Made by a program: the position numbers and the translations under genes. Source: Octopus vulgaris (Eukaryota). From it: a stretch of DNA of 64,000 nucleotides. The stretch spans positions 15,438,001-15,502,000 of the forward strand of contig OX597842.1 of assembly GCA_951406725.2 (NCBI GenBank). The letters run 5' to 3'. The notes beneath the pieces are model-generated. The model saw only the letters and a list, made by a program, of their open reading frames with translations. It did no database searches and was not told the origin of the DNA. Below, piece after piece: positions 41,750 through 53,823 of the stretch. Position 1 is the stretch's first letter; each line of letters begins with the position of its first letter.

Positions 41750-43085
41750 TGTGTGTATATGTATGTATATATATCTACATACATATATTGAGGTTATGAG
41801 AGGTAATATCAATAAGACCCAAAGGTGCCAGGTAATAATACTTTGAATACTATGTAAATACTATAGCAGCTTACACACAAGGTACAGGAATTTATTCGGT
41901 AAACCATTCTGCCTAAATAATGGAACTACAGGTACAATATCCCTGCATATCTCACATCTATTTTCATTCCTCCACTCCACTCTCTATTTCATATCTTATC
42001 TAGAATAACAATTGCTTAACAATCTTCTCACACCGTCTACGGTGAAGGGATATATAAATTATCCCGGAAATAGCTCTAAGACCTTCTCTTTATAAATGTT
42101 CTGAAATCTTTCACAGCCTGATATTTTTATCGCATTCTGTAAATTTTATTCATATATACGCATGCTGATATATGAGATACGTTGGACTCCTCATTCACAT
42201 AACCACCGAACATGGAGCTTAACTACAGTCTGTCCATAGCACTTACTCAGCATTACCTGACCCCTTTGGGATTTATTGACTCCATTACATCTCATAAACT
42301 TTATATATAGAGAGAGAGAGAAAGGAGGGAGACGGGAGAGAGAGAGTGTCAGTATGAGACAATATATTAGACAAAGTTTAATAACTTTTATCAAATAAAT
42401 CAAACGATGCAGATTGGATGTTAAAATGGATTATCCTTTTATTTCATAATCCCATCGCAGACAATTGTTTGTGAGAAAAAAAGAACCAAGATATCCATAA
42501 AGAGATTTGAAGAAAAAGATTACGGAGATGTACTTGCATAGCAAGAGATTTGATCTGAGATCGTGTGCTGAAACGAAATCAATTGCAGCGTGGAAGGTGT
42601 TTGTAAGCCATTTAAGATAGACACAAAAGCCGTTCGATTCACTTCAACATTTAAGTTTAATTTGCCAAAATATTTTCGTCGCTATAAGACCGCGACCTGC
42701 GGTCTTATAGAAATAGAAATTTTAATATATATATAAAAATATATGTATATACATTATTTACATTTTATTTGCAACGTTGCGGCTGATATACCTGCCACCC
42801 TTAATCAGGTTTTTTGGGGAAATTTCAAACCTGGGCTCTCATTCCTCAGGTATTTTTCGATGCGGCTATTATAAATATTATTATTATTATTCATGTCACT
42901 GCCTGGAATCGAAGGGGCATATGGCATAGTGATTAAGACACCTGATGACCGCTGGAGGGAATATCACCTGAAACGTTGTGTTAACAACAAACAAGATAAG
43001 GACACATATCCTTCAAATATAAATAATGTAAATAAAGTACATATTTCCGCATTTCTTAAATATAAAACTCTTATATATGTACATA

Positions 43086-43164
<79 letters not shown>

Positions 43165-43481
43165 ACATGCATACATTACTGAAAGTGTTCAATATTTAAA
43201 TTTAAATTGTATTTCTTTTATTTATTACGACACCAGGGACTTGAAGTTTGTCTTGTACCCCATACAACAAATGTTTATAACCCTGGTCGTTTATTGATTT
43301 ACAATTATTATCCGTGGGTATATCACGGGTATAGTTCAGGAAAATATCACTACTATAATTCATGTATATATATGTATGTTTATATATGTGTATATATTTT
43401 TATATATATTTTTTATATATTTCATATATATATGTATATATATATATACTTTATTTTAAGCAGCAGAAAATTCAACAAAAT

Positions 43482-43519
43482 CTGTTACTCTGAGTTTCTC
43501 GTTGCCGTTCATCAGACAG
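43482..43519 (-). ncRNA. Minimal hammerhead, family H5 (mirror copy at 46569-46606, plus strand)
   Basis: ctgt-CTGATGA-a-cg-gcaa-cg-a-GAAA-ctc-a-gag-TA-acag. The right-arm copy has ctcaaag. Confidence 0.85.
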
Positions 43520-44537
43520 TTTTTGCTAGAATGGAACATATATATTAATTCAATCTATACTCTTACAAACGCTACACCTTTAAAAAGAAATGGACTTGTT
43601 TGATTGGCCCTTTAGAAAAAACGGTCAATCTTCGAGCGATAAACAAAAAGGTCAAAAATATATGTATATAAATATAAAAAACTTATAAAAATTATAAAAT
43701 CCGAGGAAAAAACCGAGGAAAAAACCTATTGCCGTTAATGAAGACAGTACAAATTAATGCATAGAAATTAAACCTGTTATAAATACTGCAATACATATTT
43801 ATATTAAAATCCACATATATATATCAAAATACACAAAAGGATGCGCGTAAACGCCATACATACATATACAGACGTATGAATATGAATCTAAATTATACAC
43901 ATAAAAGCATGTGTACATATATTCACGCAAACCGTCTCGCACGCAAGCTAAAATTCATCTATGTAGCAATTCTCATATACTGAGCAAGGAGGGGGAACGA
44001 AAGAAAGGGAAAGAGAGAAAAAGGAACGAAGGAGGGGTGGGGAAAAAAACTTGTAGCGATATTATTGGCGTCTATAGAGGCCAGTATACATACACAAGTT
44101 TGAATTGATACATATACATACCGTCGTGTGTATGTGTGCTTAAGCACAAGCATACTTTCACTTACACATACACAGATACGCATGCTTACAAATACATATG
44201 CTTTGCTATACACAAACTTATATAAACATTCTAAATTTGACAACATTGCTTTTTTTAAAAAAACATTGCTTTTAAAAAATGGGTGCATTAATAAAAATAT
44301 ATACGAAAGACATATAAAATAAAATAAAATAAAATATAACATCCTATTTTGGGTCATTTATAAATAATCAAGGTAATATAAATAATCAAGGTAATCTTAT
44401 GCAATACAATAACATGAAAACAAAGTTTGTAGGTTTTCCTAATATATATGTAGAAACAATAAGACTTTGCTATAGGTCCGTCGTAGCGCTCAAGAGTCAA
44501 AATCAAAATCAAAAAATCAAAATACAAAATATATACT

Positions 44538-45040
44538 CTATCCATATGGTATATTTATATTCGACATTTTAAATTTAGACGTGTGCCTACATAAGTTCAT
44601 TAATTCACTTCTTTGATTCAAAGAATTGTTGTCTTTGAATAATATGTGCATTTTTTCTAATAAGCAAAGCCTGCACTTGAAATTATATTTGTAAGCTCCA
44701 TGCCTGTATGGTGCCGCCCTGTCCAGAATGCTCCATGTCACGTTGAAAGGTGGGGCTTCCTTTTCTTTTAGTTCCCAGACATATTTTGCTAGGCTGGTTT
44801 TCTTTCTATTCTCTGGGTATTTAAAAGAATTCTTATGAGAATAAAATCTTGTTTTAAATGAATTTTCTGAAGCCCCTGTGTATGTCTTGTATTCCGATGA
44901 GCCTTCCACTTGCACCTTGGCTCTATAAACTACTCCTTTCACTAGACATTTCCCTTCTAACGGACAGGAGCTTTCGTTTTTGCAATTACATTTCTTAATG
45001 GGCTCAGCACCATGTCTAATCTCAATTAGCTTCCTATTAT
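44538..45040 (-). CDS. PLE GIY-YIG endonuclease domain (5'-truncated; frameshifted mirror copy at 45050-45551)
   Basis: KKCNCKNESSCPLEGKCLVKGVVYRAKV...YTGASENSFKTRFYSHKNSF...LAKYVWELK...WSIL...CRLCLLEK...LNQRSELMNLCRH. Confidence 0.9.
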
Positions 45041-46708
45041 TAGCTTCCTATAATAGGAAGCTAATTGAGATTAGACATGGTGCTGAGCCCATTAAGAAAT
45101 GTAATTGCAAAAACGAAAGCTCCTGTCCGTTAGAAGGGAAATGTCTAGTGAAAGGAGTAGTTTATAGAGCCAAGGTGCAAGTGGAAGGCTCATCGGAATA
45201 CAAGACATACACAGGGGCTTCAGAAAATTCATTTAAAACAAGATTTTATTCTCATAAGAATTCTTTTAAATACCCAGAGAATAGAAAGAAAACCAGCCTA
45301 GCAAAATATGTCTGGGAACTAAAAGAAAAGGAAGCCCCACCTTTCAACGTGACATGGAGCATTCTGGACAGGGCGCACCATACAGGCATGGAGCTTACAA
45401 ATATAATTTCAAGTGCAGGCTTTGCTTATTAGAAAAAATGCACATATTATTCAAAGACAACAATTCTTTGAATCAAAGAAGTGAATTAATGAACTTATGT
45501 AGGCACACGGCTAAATTTAAAATGTCGAATATAAATATACCATATGGATAGAGTATATATTTTGTATTTTGATTTTTTGATTTTGATTTTGACTCTTGAG
45601 CGCTACGACGGACCTATAGCAAAGTCTTATTGTTTCTACATATATATTAGGAAAAACCTACAAACTTTGTTTTCATGTTATTGTATTGCATAAGATTACC
45701 TTGATTATTTATATTACCTTGATTATTTATAAATGACCCAAAATAGGATGTTATATTTTATTTTATTTTATTTTATATGTCTTTCGTATATATTTTTATT
45801 AATGCACCCATTTTTTAAAAGCAATGTTTTTTTAAAAAAAGCAATGTTGTCAAATTTAGAATGTTTATATAAGTTTGTGTATAGCAAAGCATATGTATTT
45901 GTAAGCATGCGTATCTGTGTATGTGTAAGTGAAAGTATGCTTGTGCTTAAGCACACATACACACGACGGTATGTATATGTATCAATTCAAACTTGTGTAT
46001 GTATACTGGCCTCTATAGACGCCAATAATATCGCTACAAGTTTTTTTCCCCACCCCTCCTTCGTTCCTTTTTCTCTTTCCCTTTCTTTCGTTCCCCCTCC
46101 TTGCTCAGTATATGAGAATTGCTACATAGATGAATTTTAGCTTGCGTGCGAGACGGTTTGCGTGAATATATGTACACATGCTTTTATGTGTATAATTTAG
46201 ATTCATATTCATACGTCTGTATATGTATGTATGGCGTTTACGCACATCCTTTTGTGTATGTTGATATATATATGTGGATTTTAATATAAATATGTATTGC
46301 AGTATTTATAACAGGTTTAATTTCTATGCATTAATTTGTACTGTCTTCATTAACGGCAATAGGTTTTTTCCTCGGTTTTTTCCTCGGATTTTATAATTTT
46401 TATAAGTTTTTTATATTTATATACATATATTTTTGACCTTTTTGTTTATCGCTCGAAGATTGACCGTTTTTTCTAAAGGGCCAATCAAACAAGTCCATTT
46501 CTTTTTAAAGGTGTAGCGTTTGTAAGAGTATAGATTGAATTAATATATATGTTCCATTCTAGCAAAAACTGTCTGATGAACGGCAACGAGAAACTCAAAG
46601 TAACAGATTTTGTTGAATTTTCTGCTGCTTAAAATAAAGCATATTACTCTACCACTGGTATTTGAGTACTCTTTTTTCCACCTTGTTTCACATTTATGTG
46701 TTTACTCC

Positions 46709-46794
<86 letters not shown>

Positions 46795-46977
46795 CATTCA
46801 ATTCTGGGGGATGTCCATTTATTTACTGCTATTCCTTGAAGCAAGGCGAATTATTTTTGTTTTATGTTCGTTGCCCTCACACGTCTTTGGCAGTTCAAAA
46901 TCCCTGAAGCTTTTACGATAGTGTCACAATTTTATTGACTGCTATTTCTAATAAACATTGGTGCCATGTTGAACCAC

Positions 46978-47023
<46 letters not shown>

Positions 47024-47029
47024 CTCTCT

Positions 47030-47064
<35 letters not shown>

Positions 47065-47209
47065 CACACAGATACATGAATAGATATTTGTACATATATT
47101 CCCTCATATATGCACACAGACATGCATAAATGGATACACGCACACACACACATATATATATACATATATATATATATATTTACGTACGTATGTATATACG
47201 GATAGATAG

Positions 47210-47254
<45 letters not shown>

Positions 47255-48251
47255 GTGTGTCCATACATATTTGTCCATATACATACCTACTTATACATCT
47301 ATACATACAAATGCAGACATGTAATTGTGTCCTTGCGTTTATAGCCTTGACAACAATAATGAAGACGATTATGATGATGATGGTGACGTCAGTTGTTTAC
47401 TTGCATGTAAAAATGTCAGACCTGATTTTTGACTAAGAGGCCTGCAGTCGTTAATGTTAAGTCAAGTGTGACTCAGTGTCAACATTCTACACACACACAC
47501 ACACACACACACATACACACAACAAACTAACACAGATAAACACGCAGGTGACTCAGATCAACAATTACTGCTATATCGTGCCCACCCAAAGGTGGCGAAC
47601 TAGTAGAAACGTCAGCACGCCGGGCGAAATGCGTAGCCGTATTTCGTCCGCCGCTAAGAACTAAGTTCATATTCCGACGAAGTCGACTTTGCCTTTCATC
47701 CTTTCGGGGTCGATAAATTAAATACCAGTTACGCACTGGGGTTGATGTAATCGAATTAATCCGTTTGTCTGTCCTTGTTTGTCACCTCTATGTTTATCCC
47801 CTTGTGTCTAATAAAGAAACAGATATTTCGCCCGTCGATACGTTATGATTTCAAATCCAGCCGTGGTCGACTTTGCCTTTCATCATTTCGGGGACGATTA
47901 ATTAAGTACCAGTAAAAGACTGAAGGTCGATGTATTCGACTTGTCCCACGCCCAAATTTCACTCCTGGTGCCTATTGTAGAACAATATATCTTGATTAGC
48001 CAATATCTTGTTACTAATATTCATGGCTTTTTCCAGAGAATATCCATGTCTCTGTTCGAATTCTGCCAAAGCTAACATTTACTTTTAACGTTTTAGTGTC
48101 GATAAAATAAGAAGCAGGTTCATATCGGGGTCGAAGTAATAAACTAGCAAACTCCCACAACAGTTCGGGATTCGTATCTATGGATCTTTGCTCACTTTCT
48201 CTATTTCTCACTCACACTTTAAATATATATATATGTATGTATGTATATATG

Positions 48252-48305
<54 letters not shown>

Positions 48306-48308
<3 letters not shown>

Positions 48309-48530
48309 ATATAGGGTGGCAAAAAATTTCGCAGAATTTTTTTGCCACCAGCGGCCTAGTGGGAAAAAATTAAATAGTCATAGACCATTTATAAATTCAA
48401 CAGCAAAATCAAGGAACGTCCATAATAGGCCATTCACCCACTAGAAATAACAGCCAAGGCTTTAAAGGTTGAAGCCTTTGCTGTTATTTCTAGTGGGTGA
48501 ATGGCCTATTATGGCCGTTCGTTGACTTTG

Positions 48531-48532
<2 letters not shown>
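48306..48532. repeat. Double-hairpin insertion in (TA)n
   Basis: ggtggcaaaaaa...ttttttgccacc (48315-48349) and a 130-bp palindrome at 48402-48532. Confidence 0.85.
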
Positions 48533-48587
<55 letters not shown>

Positions 48588-48601
48588 AGTATATATATAT
48601 A

Positions 48602-48657
<56 letters not shown>

Positions 48658-48702
48658 CATAAATATATATATATACATACATATATACATACATATATAT
48701 AG

Positions 48703-48752
<50 letters not shown>

Positions 48753-49295
48753 ATGTGTGGTAAGTCGCTATCTAACCAATCACATGCTTTCGGGTTCAGC
48801 ATGGAAGCGCAGGCAAGTGTCTTCTACTATTTCCTCGGCCAGAATAAATCTTTTTGAGCGGATTTGGTAGACGGAAACTGAAAGAAGCCTTCGAATATTT
48901 ATGTATGTATTTGTTTTTTGTGTCTGTTCTTTTGCCTCTAGCATCGCTTGACGACCGATGTTGGTGTGTTTATGTCTCCATATTATAGCGGTCCGCCAAA
49001 ATAAACGATAGAAAGGTAATAGGTTTACAAAGAATTAGTCCTGGGATCGATTTGTTCGAATGAAGGCGGACACCAGTATGGCCGCAGTTAAATGAGAGAA
49101 ACGAATGAACGAAAAAATATATACATATAAATATATGTGTGTGTGTGTATATGTGTGTAAAATATTTATGTAGATATACATACATACATCTATATATATA
49201 TGATATATATATTTGTATGTATGCATGTATATATATATATGTGTGTATGTATGTATATATATATGTCTATGTATATATATATATATATACATATT

Positions 49296-49330
<35 letters not shown>

Positions 49331-49357
49331 TTACGTATTGTATGTATATATATATGT

Positions 49358-49419
<62 letters not shown>

Positions 49420-49425
<6 letters not shown>

Positions 49426-50230
49426 CGGGGTGAGTACTTGATAATTATAAGCACCTGTGTATACCGTTTGGTGGTGTAGGTGGTGGAGTAAATTGATCAA
49501 AATAAAAACATGATGCCAAGGATTCAGCGGTACATATGTTTCGGGCCTTTATTAGACAGATTTATAACAATGCATAATGTATGTCTGTGGCCTTCTTCAG
49601 CCGCGCACAACAGCTTCCACAAGGACATGTGTTACATCAAAAATTCTTGGTTGGGGATGCAAATCCTCTCATTCGCGTACGACACAATGCGGCAACAGCA
49701 TAGAATTGAAGCGTCCATCTCTTTCTTCTCTCAATGTAGAATGAGGAAATTTGGATGTTGAAGTAATGTAAATAAATAAATACATATATAGACGTGAAGA
49801 TGGAGGGGCGAGAATTCAGGACGAGGGATAAAAAATGTATAAAAAGTGTAAGTATAGAAAAATATAAAAATGTAGAGTATAAAGATATAAAGGGATATAA
49901 GGAGATATAAAGGGGATATAAAGAATATAAAGAAATATAAAGAAATATAAATGAATGTAAAGGCATAAGGTTATAAAGTAAAAATAGAAATAGAAATAAA
50001 AGTAAAAAGTAAAAGAATAAAAATAGGAATAAACATGATAAAAGTGTAAAAAAATATAAAGATAAGGGATGTATAGAGGTTACAGACCAAACATGGTGGT
50101 CAGGTGATTGATAAAATTTTGTTGTAGAAGTTTTTGGTGTCAATAAATCAACAGGGTCGTCTGGGGACCTAGTGTATTGTAAATCAGAGCTGTTGAGCGT
50201 TTAATCTAGTTCTTTGAATTAATTGGTCAT
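49420..50230 (-). mobile_element. PLE 3'UTR/pLTR fragment of another family
   Basis: Contains HHR H6, ends in (TA)n, and is absent from copies 1 and 2. Confidence 0.7.
49527..49604 (-). ncRNA. Hammerhead ribozyme, family H6 (branched or long stem II)
   Basis: Reverse complement: gcgg-CTGAAGA-a-ggcc...ggcc-c-GAAA-catatg-TA-ccgc. Confidence 0.85.
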
Positions 50231-50999
50231 CTTGTACATACATACCATCATGGATACGTACATCCATATACACGCGCACATATACGCGCGCATACACGGC
50301 TCCAAGCCTATAAGCATAGACACGCACTCACGTGTAAACATGTACATAAACACACATACACCCACACGCACGCGCGTATATATACATACATACAACAGAA
50401 TATCCGCATATATACACGGACATTATACGTGTACACACCCATACATACATACGTGCGTCCATCCTTATATACACAAACACATATGCCCATATATATATAT
50501 ATATGTATGTAAAATTATCTTGCAAACCAACCATATGGTCCTTGTTCAGTCCCACAACATGGCACCTTCGACAAGTGTCTTCTGCTATAGCATCGTTTCC
50601 GACCAAAGCCTTGTGAGTGGATTTGTTAGACGGAAACCGAAAGATATATATTTAATATCTTTATCTCTCTATAGATTTAAAATTTTTATTCTTTTGTCAT
50701 TATTCTTCTGTCATCTGATTTATTCTTTTATGTTCTGTGAATTCTCTTTCTGGAACTTCCTGCATACACGTGGTCTCTGACGACGGAATACCCTGAGGTC
50801 TGGAGATGCTGACCCATCACCTGTGTTATCCAGAAACTAAGATATTAATTACTTCTACTTCTCCATTTTTCATTCAACTCTAATTAAATATTCCAAATGA
50901 CCCGAGATACTCGCCCTGTTTTGGTTTTCATTTATTTTCCCTTAATATGTATGTATGTATCTCTCTTTCTCTCTATATATAGATATATATATGTATGTA

Positions 51000-51059
<60 letters not shown>

Positions 51060-51067
51060 ATGCATGC

Positions 51068-51099
<32 letters not shown>

Positions 51100-51104
<5 letters not shown>

Positions 51105-51398
51105 CGTGATCACCGTGACCGACCATCAGATGTTGCTACACATCGCTGGTCACAATGCGTTTGTATTGTTTTAGCCTTCGAACGACGCCACCCCGCTGGC
51201 TAAGCGAGCAGGCCAACAGAAGAAAGAGTGAGAGAAAGACTGGTGAAAGAGTACAGCAGGAATCACCAGCCCCTGCCGGAGCCTCGTAGAGTTTTTAGGT
51301 GTTTTCGCTCAATAAACACACACAACGCCCGATCTGGGAATCGAAGCCGCGATCCTCCGACCGCGTGTCCGCTGCCCTAACCACTGGGCCATTGCGCC
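51100..51398 (-). mobile_element. SINE family C, full length
   Basis: tRNA-like head ggcgcaatggcccagtggttagggcagcgg...ttcgattccca; tail ...gtcggtcacggtgatcacggtga. Confidence 0.85.
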
Positions 51399-51400
51399 TC

Positions 51401-51471
<71 letters not shown>

Positions 51472-51508
51472 CTATATATATATATATATACATATGCATG
51501 TTCGTGTG

Positions 51509-51555
<47 letters not shown>

Positions 51556-52236
51556 TAAGCTGCTTTCACTGTCCGTCTTGTTTATAGCAGAGAACGTTTG
51601 CTCTAAGTGCCATGCAGTGGAACTGAACCCGAAATCCTGTTTTTCAGAAACAAACTGCTGACCACACCTATACCCGTAATGCTTGTCTACGTATCTGTGT
51701 GTGTGTCCATGCATATATCACTATATACACGTTTCTAAGTATATGTGTGTAAGTATGCATATACTATACCCGTAATGCTTGTCTACGTATCTGTGTGTGT
51801 GTCCATGCATATATCACTATATACACGTTTCTAAGTATATGTGTGTAAGTATGCATGTGTGTGCCTGTGTATATACAGATAATTCGATTGAATGTTAAGG
51901 TGTCGGATGATGTCAAACAGAGAGATTATGACGTCACAAGAACAAAATAGATCTAAAGAGAGAGCTTGTCATTCTCTTCTCTTCTCTCACTCTCTCCCCA
52001 AACCTTTCTTCTCTCAGAATAATAACATCGAAAAATACTTTAGAAATGAGAACCAAGGTTCGAAATTTCCCCATGACACCTGATGAAAGCTGGAGGGTAT
52101 ATCAGCCGAAGCGTTGTGTTAACAACAAACAAGATGAGGACGAATATCCGTCAAATGTAAATAATGTAAATAAGAAGTTTTATTGTTTCAAATTTTTTAA
52201 TTCTTTGCTTGTTTCAGCGTATTTTTGACCACCAAA

Positions 52237-52406
52237 ATGACCAAGATTGTATTTTTAGCTGCATTACTAATGACATTATGTGTCATAGGGCTGTTCATTA
52301 CTTATACTGTCAATATAGTCGAGGGAAATACTTGACGTGTATCTAATGGGAATGTTGACCGGCCATAATCAATGATATTCTGTTCGATAACAACTTCAAA
52401 GGGCGC
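52237..52406 (+). pseudogene. Signal/TM exon-like segment, copy 3
   Basis: [54 protein letters not shown]. Confidence 0.4.
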
Positions 52407-52539
52407 TATATATCTATATATATATATATACGGGAAGGGGAGATGGCGATGAGGAGGAGGGGAGGGGGAGAGAAGGGGAGTGAGGGATATATATATATGT
52501 GTAAATATATATATATATATATGTATATATATATGTATG

Positions 52540-52593
<54 letters not shown>

Positions 52594-53045
52594 AATATTA
52601 AGAGAGAGAGGGGGGTATGTTAAGGACTGTGTAAGGAAATCACATGGAGTGTCAGTTGGAATTGATCCAACAGCCATAGAAACCCTTGCTTCAGACCGAG
52701 TTGAATGGCAAACAAAATTGCAGTGAAAGTTTTGAAGAAGCCAGGATGACCCAATCAAAACTGAAAACAATATTAAGGAAAAATGTTATTATCAACGACA
52801 AAATGAATCTCAACAATTTCTTTTGTGTCTGAGCATACAAAACGAACCTCCACCAACTACTCTGCTTTTATGTCTGTGCACACCTTTCAATACTCTGTAT
52901 GCCAGAAGGTCTGAAAAGCTAATGGAGGTCTCTATACACTTTAAGACCCACAAAGATCACAGCTCATCTACACCACTTGGGCGCACAAACCGGGCATGCA
53001 TATGTATGTGCATGTATATAAATATAATTACAAATATAAATATAA

Positions 53046-53123
<78 letters not shown>

Positions 53124-53124
<1 letters not shown>

Positions 53125-53285
53125 GGCGCAGGAGTGGCTGTGTGGTAATTATTTTGTTTACTAACAACATGGCTTTGTGTTCCTTCCCACTCCGTGGCAC
53201 CTTGGGCAAGCATCTTCTTCTATAGCCTCGGGCGACCAAAGCCTTGTGAGTGGATTTTGTAGACGAAAACTGAAAGAAGCCCGTC

Positions 53286-53327
<42 letters not shown>

Positions 53328-53492
53328 GTATGTATGTATAATTATATATATATATATATACTTTTCCGACGAAGAGCTCCGCTCGAAACGTTAATCTCGC
53401 CTTCTTTCCTTCTTTCCTGAGCGTACAATAATACTATATTTGTTCCACGTCCTCGCGTTGTTGTGTTTTTTTGTGCTTTCTTGTTTGGATTA

Positions 53493-53565
<73 letters not shown>

Positions 53566-53732
53566 GTGTGTGTTTGTCCCCCAAAAATCGATTGACAACC
53601 GATGGTGGTGTGTTCGGCAAATGAGACCGATAGAATAAGTACTAGGCTTCCAAAGAATAGGTCCTTGGGTAGATTTTCTCGACTAAAGGGCGAAGCTCCA
53701 GCATGGCTGCAGTAAAATGACTGAAACGAGAA
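53124..53732 (+). mobile_element. SINE family A interrupted at its internal (TA)n by a 135-bp pLTR-like fragment
   Basis: 5' half at 53124-53287, insert at 53361-53497, 3' half at 53563-53732. Confidence 0.8.
53364..53394 (+). ncRNA. Hammerhead-like motif with C4 core, family H7 (stem I truncated)
   Basis: tt-CCGACGA-a-gagc-tcc-gctc-GAAA-cg-TT-aa. Confidence 0.5.
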
Positions 53733-53750
53733 AAATATTATATGTATATA

Positions 53751-53821
<71 letters not shown>

Positions 53822-53823
<2 letters not shown>

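Larger units (their letters stand above)
43449..46710. mobile_element. 5'-truncated Penelope-like element forming a ~3.2 kb palindrome
   Basis: Arms 43449-45040 and 45050-46639 with a 9-bp spacer. GIY-YIG coding at the centre, an HHR at each outer end, a ~70-bp tail on the right, and (TA)n flanks. Confidence 0.95.
41320..52980 (+). repeat. Segmental duplication, copy 3 (expanded by insertions)
   Basis: Co-linear with 23790-30975; insertions at 43449-46710, 48306-48532, 49420-50510 and 51100-51398. Confidence 0.9.

Noticed and set aside
44980-45050. Signal-peptide-like start of the 150-aa ORF
   Set aside because: It is read-through across the palindrome centre (antisense of the other arm).
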